Part shown: positions 26,201-35,096 of the stretch, piece after piece
How positions within the stretch are numbered: position 1 is the stretch's first letter
Layout of the letters: the number at the start of each line of letters is the position of its first letter
IMG/VR virus record: IMGVR_UViG_3300020042_000436
Coordinates: 1 to 38,253 of that record
DNA length: 38,253 nt
DNA from: a virus
Lineage: Duplodnaviria > Caudoviricetes
Reading direction: 5' to 3' (one strand)
Notes under the pieces: model-generated
What the model was told of the DNA's origin: nothing
Database searches by the model: none
What the model saw: only the letters and a program-made list of their open reading frames with translations
Made by a program: the position numbers and the translations under genes

Positions 26201-29200
26201 GGTGACTTAGATGATATTGCCGACACTGACACCAGCGGTTTGTTTGCTGATGCAGACTTTGCTGCGGTGCATTCGCAGGCTCACCCGGTAGTGCTGAACC
26301 AGTTGGAGAACAACAACTTGTCAGGTGCACTGCAAGCACTGGCGGACAGCGGCTCGTCTAAGACAGCAGAACTCTTTGCAGATAACTTGTCCAAGCTGGT
26401 TGGCAATGTGAACCTCGTGTACGGTGCTGAGAAGTCCATGTACGACCCTGCAACCAACACGGTCTACTTGCGTGATGGCGCTACCGAGTACGAGATTTTG
26501 CATGAGTCTTCACATGCCACCATGTCTCACACGCTGGACAATCCATCGCACCCAGTCACCCGTCAGGTAACCAACATCTTCAACCAAATGAAGCAGGGCA
26601 CTGAAGGAACTTATGGTGCGCAAGATATACAAGAGTTTACAGCCGAAGCGTGGAGCAATGATGCGTTCCGTAATCGCCTGAAAGAATTCAAACCCACTGG
26701 TGAAAAGCTCACGGGTTGGGAGCGTTTGGTAAACGCTGTGCGTCAGTTGCTGCGTTTGTCTCCTAAGACCGGGACTGCGTTAGATGCAGTTGACCGCATG
26801 CTGAACGACATCATCAGCCCACCACCCGAGACACGCACGGGTGAAACTTTGTACGCGCAATCTTTAAACAACCCCAATATTGCTCAAGAAATATTTACGA
26901 AGGTGGGTGACACTATTCGTAGGCAACCCATCATGAACAGCGAACGTGCTGTTGGGTTCTGGAAAGCCGCAGGGGCAATTGGCGCAACGGGTCGCCAGTT
27001 AATGTACAAGGCGTTGAACTTGTCTGCCTTGGGTGACGTTGGCGGTAAATACCTTGGCGATTCGGCTACTCGTTTTGCTCGCACCGTTGAAGAGATGGCG
27101 GGTTACCAAGAAAAACTTCTTGAGGCCATGTCCCCGCTGCATAAGCGGCTGGCCAAGTTCCGGCAAAACCCGGAGTATCAAACATGGTCTACTTTGGTGA
27201 ACGACTCTACCCGTGTGGACGTGAACCCCGAAGCGAAGTTGGACAAGTACAAAGGTAGTCCTGAAAAGGAAGCCGATTGGAAACAACTTCATGGGCGGTT
27301 TATCAAACTTACAGACGAGGGCAAGAAGTTATACCGCGATCTATTTGCCACCTACAAAGAACTCGACGGGGAGTTTTTAAAATCTTTGGAGCGCAACATC
27401 AACTCTATGGTGAGTGATAAAGCGCAGGCCGTGTCTGCCTATCAGAAGATTTTATTTGAGTTGAGCACTGTGCGCATTGACCACTACGCACCGCTGTTCC
27501 GTGAAGGCACGTTCTGGATGCAGTACGACATCAACGGTGAGAATAAGAAAGAGACTTTTGAGTCCGAGGCTGAACGTAACTTTGCGCGTAAACAACTGGA
27601 AGCCAAAGGTGCCACGAACATTGACGTTTACTCACGTGCAGACCAACTGACGACTAAGACAGTACCGTCTGGCACTATGTTGGCCGACATCATGAAGATC
27701 ATGAAAGACAACCAAGTTGGTGATACCGCAATTGATGACTTAATACAACTTGTTGTCAAGGCCATGCCAGAGGCCAGCATCTTGAAGAGCCGCCAGAAAA
27801 GAACAGGTATTGGTGGCTACATTGATAACGCCGCATTTGTGTTTGACCGTGTGAGCAGCAACACTTCACGTCAGTTGGCCCGGATGCAGTATGGCCCCGA
27901 ATTACAGCGCATTATGGGAGAAATGGAAGCGACGGTTACCGCTGCCCGAGGTGACGTTAATACCTACGGTGGTGAACTTATCAAAGAGTTTGAGGGTCGC
28001 CGTGGTTTTGTAATGAAGCCTACTATTAGTTCGCTTGCTCAGTTTGCGAGTTCTTCCGCGTTCTACTACAACCTCGCGGGTAATGTTTCTTCCGCTGTAA
28101 TCAACACCCTGCAAACTCCTTTGGTCGTCTTCCCGCAACTCGGTGGTGAGTATGGGTTTAAAAACTCGTACGCGGCGTTGAAGAACGCCATGAAGTTCTA
28201 CACGAGCAGTGGTTACTCAAGAGATATTACTGAGTTGACAGGTGAGGTTAGCAATCAAAAGGCCATGCTCTCTATTGAGAACTCGGTCAACAACGGGAAA
28301 GCCCCTCAATACGCTGGACTCATCGGGGCTATGAAAGACCGTGGGCTGTTGACTACCTCCACTGCGCGTGACGCATTAAGTTCTGAGAACGACAATACAT
28401 CGAGCTACGGCAGCACAAACAAACTTGCACGCCAAACTGCGTTGGTGGGTTCTTTTATGTTTCATCATGCCGAGCGCATGAACCGTGAGATCACAGCCGT
28501 TGCCGCCTATGATTTGGAAATGGGCAAGCTCAAGAACTCTAACTTGAGTGAAGCTGAGAAACAAACCAAAGCAATTAATAAAGCCCTTGCATTTGTGGAG
28601 TACGCGCACGGTGCAGGTAGTACGCTCTCCGGGCCAAGCCTCGGTCAGGGTGACATAGGAAAAGTTTTGATGGTGTTCAAGCGGTTTGCGTTCAGCATGT
28701 ACTACATGTTGTTTGACACCATGATGCGTTCGCTCCCTATCAAAAACGCAACAGGCGAAGAACGTATAGCAATTAAAGCGGCCCAACGTCAACTTGTTGG
28801 CGTGTACGGTATGGCTGCAATCTTTGCGGGTATTAAAGGTATACCTCTGTACTGGGTTGCTGAGTTAGCCTACAACATGTTCCAAGACAAAGACGATGAC
28901 GATTTTGATACCGTTATGCGTGGGTTCCTTGGCGATCTGCCGTTCAAAGGCCCGGTCAATTACCTTACCAACCTGAGTATTGCTGACCGTGTGGGCTGGA
29001 CAGATTTATTGTGGCGTGAACAAAAAGGTAGCAAGGCTGATGCAAGTGCGGTTGCCCAATTTTTAGAAACGCTTGGGGGTGCGCCAGTCTCTATTATTGA
29101 CAGCATCTTGCGGGGTAAAGACCTGATTGCCGAAGGCCAGTATGAACGTGGCATTGAGGCTGTGTTACCTATCGGTCTCCGCAATGTTTTGAAAGGCTAC

Positions 29201-29614
29201 CGTTATGCTACCGAAGGCGCAAACACTCTACGTGGTGATACCGTTGGAGACGTGAATGGCGCTAACGCCGCTATGCAAGTACTTGGCTTTGCACCTGCTG
29301 ACTTGATGAAGCAGTACGAAGAAAATGCGTACATGACCGAGAAGGGTAAGGCCATCAACGATATAAAGAAAAACTCGCTCAAGAAATACTACGCAGCGAT
29401 GCGTGAAGGCGACTATGACGGCATGATGGATGCACGTGAGAAGTTGTTTGAGCTTGGTGCTAAGTACCCTGACCTGAAGATCAGTGAAAACACAATCTCG
29501 CAGTCGGTGAAAGCTCGTGACCGTATCTCAAAAGAGATGCACCACGGCGTGTCGCTTGACCGTAAGCTGGCTCCCTACCTGAAGCAAGCCGCCGCAGAGT
29601 CGTACGGCGATTAA
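23261..29614 (+). CDS. Giant internal virion / large polyvalent protein with a zincin-like HExxH domain
   Basis: 2117 aa, last late gene; glycine-zipper hydrophobic N-terminal region; 'YDPATNTVYL...EILHESSHA...QEFTAEAWSN' metallopeptidase-like motif; helical C-terminal region. Confidence 0.75.
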   Translation: MILTLPKVGLVRFDDNISTEELNKQVGLLAQKYDFKVPKRDVGIGTLLKEGFMRGMGETGIALGDTLPAMAGSALGFDEYAQRQMGEAATSRAELERKYPTQFKSYTEVESPYEGAQYIAETLGELGPTALTAMIPGVGAGALGSRLAARGAMGAALEAGPLSMAGRAAAETAAKQAGQVAGKRAMYGGVYLGSFAQNAPEVFESIYRETDKMEPGIAALAGGLSSVLDAIVPGKLLGELGGYGKMKVIEKVAKDSGAAPKVWKYIAKEAAKTAGAEGLTEAAQESINAAAEQVAGSTKEMFGPENIQRFKESFVKGAIGGGAFGTVGGTSQGFTAKKEFATAKEAEAYVNQLRAQEEAAGTLTPEKAAEYDAQIANDRAQREAGLAAAFAQMPEDVGAVSIAALMERADNIKEFNPGAYERIYGDIDAAIAANKAKIAEDETKAKAQAQAELNKVEAEYDKGLRNKQAGAAFAKAEPTPGTGGMFKPALEQERANKQAATRQFAFGDAPIDPANMPGDPVTVDTLKNLKVSDRSEVGLSLLGTDLETVDGRRKLIQTLEKPSFTGKIDEDAYDALISTFDQQEVKAARAEMNAETLSPTKQKQQAQTRAFAFGAPDATRPDTPAGGGSPSVVSEPISDDATRTDEATVGDRDVSTQQDAGDATAREGQQPTALERDYAEQVFARYDSLPEDQREAAAQRLGLTRPEFIESEAAFTRTKEVDDAITAVTTQIRKSKKATNGTTPPEAQQAEPQEQKAAAAPAAVAPARGTSMRPDLSGEKPVVDAKLGQRGVKLDEQSKDARAYFGKITPAMALDAIANDLVYQPTAYRNSKMTLPSVSKPGTFAATPEPTFGNEKEATFFKGQGGIHAKNAEAWARSNLSPEAVSFLDQKVAQYKKEKTNSDTIRRRQEAQTKVGKATKVQVAEEAAAAEAQGEYAPTEEEIADAKGTKTEAGKRKAQMQRLARELAKESKQSFNEDVFGDLDDIADTDTSGLFADADFAAVHSQAHPVVLNQLENNNLSGALQALADSGSSKTAELFADNLSKLVGNVNLVYGAEKSMYDPATNTVYLRDGATEYEILHESSHATMSHTLDNPSHPVTRQVTNIFNQMKQGTEGTYGAQDIQEFTAEAWSNDAFRNRLKEFKPTGEKLTGWERLVNAVRQLLRLSPKTGTALDAVDRMLNDIISPPPETRTGETLYAQSLNNPNIAQEIFTKVGDTIRRQPIMNSERAVGFWKAAGAIGATGRQLMYKALNLSALGDVGGKYLGDSATRFARTVEEMAGYQEKLLEAMSPLHKRLAKFRQNPEYQTWSTLVNDSTRVDVNPEAKLDKYKGSPEKEADWKQLHGRFIKLTDEGKKLYRDLFATYKELDGEFLKSLERNINSMVSDKAQAVSAYQKILFELSTVRIDHYAPLFREGTFWMQYDINGENKKETFESEAERNFARKQLEAKGATNIDVYSRADQLTTKTVPSGTMLADIMKIMKDNQVGDTAIDDLIQLVVKAMPEASILKSRQKRTGIGGYIDNAAFVFDRVSSNTSRQLARMQYGPELQRIMGEMEATVTAARGDVNTYGGELIKEFEGRRGFVMKPTISSLAQFASSSAFYYNLAGNVSSAVINTLQTPLVVFPQLGGEYGFKNSYAALKNAMKFYTSSGYSRDITELTGEVSNQKAMLSIENSVNNGKAPQYAGLIGAMKDRGLLTTSTARDALSSENDNTSSYGSTNKLARQTALVGSFMFHHAERMNREITAVAAYDLEMGKLKNSNLSEAEKQTKAINKALAFVEYAHGAGSTLSGPSLGQGDIGKVLMVFKRFAFSMYYMLFDTMMRSLPIKNATGEERIAIKAAQRQLVGVYGMAAIFAGIKGIPLYWVAELAYNMFQDKDDDDFDTVMRGFLGDLPFKGPVNYLTNLSIADRVGWTDLLWREQKGSKADASAVAQFLETLGGAPVSIIDSILRGKDLIAEGQYERGIEAVLPIGLRNVLKGYRYATEGANTLRGDTVGDVNGANAAMQVLGFAPADLMKQYEENAYMTEKGKAINDIKKNSLKKYYAAMREGDYDGMMDAREKLFELGAKYPDLKISENTISQSVKARDRISKEMHHGVSLDRKLAPYLKQAAAESYGD

Positions 29615-29641
29615 AAAAAGACCCCGACCTAGGCCGGGGTT
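29613..29641 (-). terminator. Rho-independent terminator for leftward transcription
   Basis: Minus strand ACCCCGGC-CTAG-GTCGGGGT (one G-U pair) then CTTTTTTT; lies at the convergence point. Confidence 0.85.
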
Positions 29642-29683
29642 CAAGGGAGATAGCAACCAAAGGAGAGAATAACAAGTTGCTAG
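29613..29683 (-). ncRNA. Candidate small RNA with anti-Shine-Dalgarno loop
   Basis: Extended -10 (TGTGCTAGAGT, 29699-29689) upstream; 7-bp stem TAGCAAC/GTTGCTA around loop TTGTTATTCTCTCCTTTG; ends in the terminator. Confidence 0.5.
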
Positions 29684-29702
29684 GGCGAACTCTAGCACAT
29701 TG

Positions 29703-29906
29703 TTAAGTGATTCGCCAGAACCTCACACCTTGGGTGCCATTCTCCAAAACAAAACGGAGCTTGATGTTCATACCGCGCCCTTTGGCATAGGCAACTACTT
29801 GATCTGCAATACCCTGACGATCTAGGCACGGTATATAGAAGGAACTACCTACTATAAACTTGTGCCATTCTATAGCGACTGGTACAGTATTAGCCGTTAT
29901 TGTCAT
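29703..29906 (-). CDS. Small hypothetical protein
   Basis: 67 aa overlapping the primase end; 'IEW..F.VGSSFYIPC...GVRFWR' is a pattern seen after primases in related phages. Confidence 0.7.
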   Translation of the reverse strand: MTITANTVPVAIEWHKFIVGSSFYIPCLDRQGIADQVVAYAKGRGMNIKLRFVLENGTQGVRFWRIT

Positions 29907-32733
29907 GTTTAGGGGTATCTACTTCTGGATCAAGTTCAGTAGCAACCGTGCAGTCAATCATCAGTGCGTACACTGACGGCGTAGTAATGTCTGAACCTTT
30001 AGACAAACTCTTTTTGAGTACGCCCGTGGCGACCTTGCTCTTCAACAAGTCCTCGCACAACATCTTGTAGGATATCTGGTTCTCACTGCACCATTCACGC
30101 AGTGCTTTGGTAGAGATGAAAAGCGTCTTCTTATCGGGTTCATACCGGGTCATCAGTTCTCCACGGGGTTCCCGTATTGGCGCTTGGAACAACCCCGAGC
30201 GTTTGTCCACGCTGCTGTTGACGATCAGCATGTTGTTGTTCTTCTCGTTCAAGAACATACCAATCCGGCTCAATGGTGTCATGCTATCAGAGCGCACTTC
30301 GACCCGCATACGGCTCAAGGTTTCAACCGCCCATTTATAGACTGCGGACACGTCGATGTCGTGCAAGCCCAGCTTCTTGGTGATGATGCCCGATGTCAGG
30401 GCACATGCTGCTGTCGCAGACCAGAAACGCTCACGCTGTGTGAACCCTGCGGCCTTGTCGAACTTACGCTGTATGTTAGCAAGTAGGCGTTGCACGTCAG
30501 GTAGATTGGCAATCACATAGCGAATGAATATTTCTCCCGCCACACCGTAGTTCTCGTACATGGGGTTGAACATCGCGTCAGACTCGGCCTTGGTCAAGCT
30601 GTCGTTCTTGGCAACTGCAAACTCCAGTACCCGCATCAGTTCGCCCTCTGGAAAATCTTTGAGGTTATACAACTGGTCGTACAAACTCTTGTTGCCTGAC
30701 GTGATTGCAATCAAATACCAGCGCAGTGAATTGCTACGTTCAGCGTTGGACTGTGACTGCATACGGTTGCGACCCCGGCCATGCGTGATAGCGTAGGCCA
30801 TCGCACTGACTTCCTCATCACCCATATTGGTCAACTCATCAATGGTAGGGGGTAGGTTGCCCAGCACTGAGATACGGTGCATACGCGCCAAGTACTTATC
30901 CTCTTGGTTCATCAGCGGTTCAACTGGCCTACCCCAGATGCTGTTGACCATTAACTGCACGGTGGTCTTGCCTACACCCGAGCCATTGTTTGTCAGGTGG
31001 ATGATAGCGCCGTTGAGTTTTGTAAACTTAAACAAGGTTGACCCAAACCCTGCAAAAAGCGTGAAGGCACGTACCTCGTTGCCCGGTGCTGCATAGATGT
31101 TGGCAACTTTCTTCCACTCAGAAGCCACACCCTTCTTGGTGTAGAAACTGGCAATCTCTGAGGTGGCGTTTGATGACGGGCTATAGTTCACGCCCGTTGC
31201 CGTGATCTCCCGGTTACCCAAAATAAACTTGGTGTCGTCTTCATGCCAGCCAAATTGCTGACGTGCTTTTTCTGCTTCTGTCAGGTGCTGAAGTTCTTGC
31301 ACCCACTTGGTGATGTATCCCATAAGTAAATCCAGTCTTTTGTTGTAGGCAGTTACGCCCTGAAATGCCAATATTTCCCGCAGTCTGTCTTTGGATAAGA
31401 CACTTGAAAGCGGAGCGGAGAACTCACGTATGCCGTCCTTAGGCATGTGCAAACGCATCCACAAAGATTCTCCTGTGTCTGGGTCGTTCAACCGTTTGAC
31501 CACATAAAAATCGTACTCATAGATTAGTTCGTCTTTGTTGTCTTCACCCTTGTCGTCCTTGCCCCAACCCCGCTTGTACACCCCGCCGTTCTTACCGCGA
31601 AAGTATGGGAATGGATACTCAGGAATTTCTACCGTGACTACCTCTTCCAGCACAGCGTTGCGCATGACAACAATGTTGTCCTCTGCCTTAGCCTCTGCAA
31701 TGCGTGAGCCAATCTGAATGGGTGAAGTAATTTTGCCCTTGTGTGGGCAGTCTTGGCAGGGTGCGGCGTTGATGCTTAAAAACGTAGCACACTTGTACGG
31801 CTTTTCCAGCAAGTTGTGCGCCTTGTTGAACGTCTCTTGTGGGTCGTACTCGGGGTGCTGATTGCTGATCTTGTGAATCGCTTTCTCACCGTCTTCGCAG
31901 TTGATGGCAATGGACAGTCCTGCTCTCCACAGCGGCTCTTCTACGGTATCTTGCTCTTTGTATATGCGCAAGAGTTGTGCGCATCCTTCCCCCTCGGCGC
32001 TCTTGCGCATGATCGTTGCAAACTTTGAGATGCTGTTACCCATCAAAGCGCGAGACGTTGCATCTATTGGGCGGCGTGGTGGTGCGTCACCGCCAAACAG
32101 GCTTTGCGGTTCGTCCTCCTCATCTTCTATGCCTATCAACGTCTTGAAGCGTGCGAACTCCACAGGCGGCGACTCAACCAATATAGATACTGGCTTTGGC
32201 GGGTTATCCTTAAAATTCAGCGTCTCGGGGATACGCAGTATCCGGGCAGCGTCGGCTGTGACAGAAGGGTCAGCAGACAGGTTGTATGTGGCACAGAATT
32301 TCTTCAATGCCTCGGCTGTTGGCTTCCAATCGTTGTACCCAATAGTCTCTTTAAGTATCCAGTAGACGTGCAAGCCACGTCCTGAGTTGATGACGGTGGG
32401 TCGAGGTAGTCCGGTTGCTTTAACAAATAGTCTGAGTGCATTCAGTGCGGATGCTTGCGTGTCGTAGGGTTTATTGTCCCCGCAGTCTAGGTCAAGCCAG
32501 AAAGCCTTAAACCATTTTGCGTTCTTTGCGGTACGGCCTTCGGTTTCTAAAAGGTATTTGGCACACCCAAAATATGTGTCATACCCCTGCGAAATAAGCC
32601 CCTCTACGACTCCATCAATCTCAACAAGTGTCTCTACAAACGTCTGCCTCGGCGCACCTTTCTTCAATCCAACCACACAGTACAAGCCTTCAGGGGCAAG
32701 CACCGATGTGAGAAAGGTATTCCGTATTGTCAT
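29890..32733 (-). CDS. Primase-helicase (AEP/RepB-like primase domain, Cys-rich linker, DUF927, P-loop helicase)
   Basis: 'FWLDLDCG', 'VINSGRGLHVYW', 'DAARILRIP', C...C..CPH, Walker A 'GSGVGKTT', Walker B 'TIDELT'. Confidence 0.85.
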   Translation of the reverse strand: MTIRNTFLTSVLAPEGLYCVVGLKKGAPRQTFVETLVEIDGVVEGLISQGYDTYFGCAKYLLETEGRTAKNAKWFKAFWLDLDCGDNKPYDTQASALNALRLFVKATGLPRPTVINSGRGLHVYWILKETIGYNDWKPTAEALKKFCATYNLSADPSVTADAARILRIPETLNFKDNPPKPVSILVESPPVEFARFKTLIGIEDEEDEPQSLFGGDAPPRRPIDATSRALMGNSISKFATIMRKSAEGEGCAQLLRIYKEQDTVEEPLWRAGLSIAINCEDGEKAIHKISNQHPEYDPQETFNKAHNLLEKPYKCATFLSINAAPCQDCPHKGKITSPIQIGSRIAEAKAEDNIVVMRNAVLEEVVTVEIPEYPFPYFRGKNGGVYKRGWGKDDKGEDNKDELIYEYDFYVVKRLNDPDTGESLWMRLHMPKDGIREFSAPLSSVLSKDRLREILAFQGVTAYNKRLDLLMGYITKWVQELQHLTEAEKARQQFGWHEDDTKFILGNREITATGVNYSPSSNATSEIASFYTKKGVASEWKKVANIYAAPGNEVRAFTLFAGFGSTLFKFTKLNGAIIHLTNNGSGVGKTTVQLMVNSIWGRPVEPLMNQEDKYLARMHRISVLGNLPPTIDELTNMGDEEVSAMAYAITHGRGRNRMQSQSNAERSNSLRWYLIAITSGNKSLYDQLYNLKDFPEGELMRVLEFAVAKNDSLTKAESDAMFNPMYENYGVAGEIFIRYVIANLPDVQRLLANIQRKFDKAAGFTQRERFWSATAACALTSGIITKKLGLHDIDVSAVYKWAVETLSRMRVEVRSDSMTPLSRIGMFLNEKNNNMLIVNSSVDKRSGLFQAPIREPRGELMTRYEPDKKTLFISTKALREWCSENQISYKMLCEDLLKSKVATGVLKKSLSKGSDITTPSVYALMIDCTVATELDPEVDTPKHDNNG

Positions 32734-32796
32734 TATTTTCTCTTTTACAGACAGGTATGCCTTCAGGTCTACTGGCGATAGACCCTAAGCAAAAAA

Positions 32797-33045
32797 TCAG
32801 GCGGCGGTGACTGCCGACAGGCGGTTCAGCAATCCCCATAATAGTTCTCGTTTTCTCGGTTGAGGTTTTGTCTTCCCCAAGAACCACAAGTACACCGACT
32901 GCCGTGATACGTTTAAATAATCCGCAACATCTTGCACAGGAATGTCGCGTTGAATGCAGATACGCCCAAGTTGCACACCCACATGAAATGGGTCTGCCTT
33001 GATGTTGGCATCCACAAATTTACGGGAATAGCCTTTGTTGTCCAT
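32797..33045 (-). CDS. Cro/CI-type helix-turn-helix protein
   Basis: Probable start MDNKGYS at 33045; 'VQDVADYLNVSRQSVYLWFLGKTKP'. Confidence 0.75.
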   Translation of the reverse strand: MDNKGYSRKFVDANIKADPFHVGVQLGRICIQRDIPVQDVADYLNVSRQSVYLWFLGKTKPQPRKRELLWGLLNRLSAVTAA

Positions 33046-33502
33046 ATTTGCCCATGACTTCTTCGTAATCGAATACTTCTTTAAAGCATTCGTTAATGCT
33101 AACTTCTTCGGGGCTTGTACCTTCAACATTGCCCCGGTATGTGAATACTTTTTTGGGTACCCGAACTTCACCTTGGGCAAACTCTCTACCTAATTGCGTA
33201 GACCGCCAAATGCCTGAAAACTTCGCTTTGTGCGTTTTGTCTTTGCTTTTGCGTTCTACGAGACCCCACCAGTGCAGAGTAGCTAATTGGTTTGACCGTA
33301 CCAACCATTGAGGCGCAGATGTCGGCACGTCTACCCAACCGTCTTTGTCCCCAGTTTGTCGGCATAACCATATCAATGCACTTGCCATAGTATTGTTGAT
33401 ACCACGGGCATACACACGACCCCAGCGGTCACACACAGGGCAGTGCCCACCTTCGTCATCAATGGTATGCCGCCACTGATCTCTCAGTTCTTGCTTGTCC
33501 AT
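33020..33502 (-). CDS. Hypothetical protein (CPVC motif, possible winged helix)
   Basis: Strong RBS AAAGGAGAG; 160 aa. Confidence 0.7.
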   Translation of the reverse strand: MDKQELRDQWRHTIDDEGGHCPVCDRWGRVYARGINNTMASALIWLCRQTGDKDGWVDVPTSAPQWLVRSNQLATLHWWGLVERKSKDKTHKAKFSGIWRSTQLGREFAQGEVRVPKKVFTYRGNVEGTSPEEVSINECFKEVFDYEEVMGKYGQQRLFP

Positions 33503-33544
33503 AACGCTCTCCTTTGATGGGCGGGAGTTACCCCGCCCGTTTAA

Positions 33545-34486
33545 TTATTCAGTCCAGTCGTCCAAAATGTCAGCCACGTCTTTTGGTGCAGCTTTTTTGG
33601 TGATGCGCTTGGTTGGCTCTGATGGCTCTTCAGCGGGTGCAGCCTGTGCATCACGTTGCTCTTTGCGGCCAGAGCCAATTGCATGCGCCATTTCAGGAGT
33701 CACGGTAATACCCGTAACATCATCTTCAACAACAGGGGTGCGTTCAACACTTGCTCTCGTCACGCCATCAAGCTGCGCAGCAGTCCCGGCAATAGCGGCC
33801 TTGGCTTCAGCAGACTGACCCTTCTCGACTGTCAATGCCAACTCTTCTTCAGTTAGAGGGCGCACTGCCTTAAAGGTCAAGCGTGGGGTTGCGCTTGCGG
33901 TATCAAAACGCATTTCAGTGACAACAGCCGTGACGGGCAAACCATGACTGCCTAAGAACTTTGCGTATGCTTGCAGAGGCATTTTTCCGTTCTCAACCGC
34001 ACCAAAGATTGACTGAGCGGGAAGCGTCAGTTGATATACGTCTCCACGAATATCGTTCTCCAAGAGGACGGCAAGGCGCTGGCTAAATCGGCACGCACGG
34101 GAATCACCTTGACCAGAGCCTTTGATGTTCTGTGGGCAGGTAGCGCACTTGCTGGCCTGTGGTTCGTCTGATTTGATGTCGGGGGTAACGCCATCGTTTG
34201 ACCAGCAGGACGGGGCGGCAGCTTGTCCTTCTTGATAGGCACCTGCATAGTAAGTTCTCGATACGTTGGGGTTTGCTGCCGTGATGATGATAGGCATTGC
34301 ACGGTCTTCATTTTGGGCAATCTCTTTGCCATCGACCATCATGCGAAACACGTTGCCGCGAATCGAGATGCGCTTACCGCCACCACCGCTGCCCATTAGG
34401 GCTTTTGTAGTTGCGTCAAGTTGCAGATTCTTCAGGTGGGCTGGCAGTGTATTGCCACCCTTGGAAAACAAAGTCATTTCACTCAT
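33545..34486 (-). CDS. Putative single-stranded DNA-binding/annealing protein
   Basis: 313 aa; 'RISIRGNVFR', 'PSCWSNDG..P', 'CATCPQN.KGSG...RACR'; acidic/aromatic C-terminal tail 'ADILDDWTE'; replication-module position. Confidence 0.6.
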   Translation of the reverse strand: MSEMTLFSKGGNTLPAHLKNLQLDATTKALMGSGGGGKRISIRGNVFRMMVDGKEIAQNEDRAMPIIITAANPNVSRTYYAGAYQEGQAAAPSCWSNDGVTPDIKSDEPQASKCATCPQNIKGSGQGDSRACRFSQRLAVLLENDIRGDVYQLTLPAQSIFGAVENGKMPLQAYAKFLGSHGLPVTAVVTEMRFDTASATPRLTFKAVRPLTEEELALTVEKGQSAEAKAAIAGTAAQLDGVTRASVERTPVVEDDVTGITVTPEMAHAIGSGRKEQRDAQAAPAEEPSEPTKRITKKAAPKDVADILDDWTE

Positions 34487-34674
34487 TTTTTCTCTCCAGT
34501 AGTTACGGGTTTTGCTTGCATTAAAGTAAGAATGTCGGCACGGTTAAAACGCACCTTGCTACCTACACGAAAATGAGGAATCGCTCCCTCCTTAATCAAG
34601 TTGTAGATTGTCTGACGCGACATGCGCATCAGCTTTGCTACTTCTTGAACTGTCAGTGACGCTTCAAGTTCCAC
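34483..34674 (-). CDS. Excisionase-family (MerR-like) helix-turn-helix protein
   Basis: GTG start with RBS AAGGAG; 'LTVQEVAKLMRMSRQTIYNLIKEGAIPHFRVGSKVRF'. Confidence 0.85.
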   Translation of the reverse strand: MELEASLTVQEVAKLMRMSRQTIYNLIKEGAIPHFRVGSKVRFNRADILTLMQAKPVTTGEKK

Positions 34675-35071
34675 TTGTGGTTCTCCTTATGGTTACGCTA
34701 TATTTACTATCAGTGTTCAAACCTATAGGCATAAGCTCAGGTTTGTCTTCCAATAGCTGTTTTATAGTAGCTTGACTGATACGCCGCTCAAGCAGTTCGG
34801 GCATCTTGTGTTCCAAGATGAACTTGTGCATGGACTCCCAGTCGCTTGTCCAGTAGCGTGTCTTCACCGTACGCATGACCGTACCGTGAGTGCTACCGAG
34901 ACGATCAACACCGATCTCTTTGCAGATTTCCAATAGCTTGGACTCCACAACTTCCATCTGTGTCTTCACAGTGCTGTCAGCTTCCTCGTAGTCACGAAGA
35001 ATTTCGGCACGTTTGTCGCGCATCTTGATGTAGACGGCGACGAGTTTGTCAACCGATATTGTCTCGGTCAT
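34664..35071 (-). CDS. Conserved phage replication-module protein (hypothetical)
   Basis: RBS AAAGGAGAG; N-terminal coiled coil, 'GTVMR...DWESMHKFI...ELLERRISQ'. Confidence 0.75.
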   Translation of the reverse strand: MTETISVDKLVAVYIKMRDKRAEILRDYEEADSTVKTQMEVVESKLLEICKEIGVDRLGSTHGTVMRTVKTRYWTSDWESMHKFILEHKMPELLERRISQATIKQLLEDKPELMPIGLNTDSKYSVTIRRTTSGT

Positions 35072-35096
35072 AGCTCTCTCCTTTGTTTGTCTATGG

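Noticed and set aside
34483-34674. Evidence of a temperate lifestyle from the excisionase-like gene
   Set aside because: No integrase, att site or host genes are in the window, and this HTH family also acts as a general regulator.
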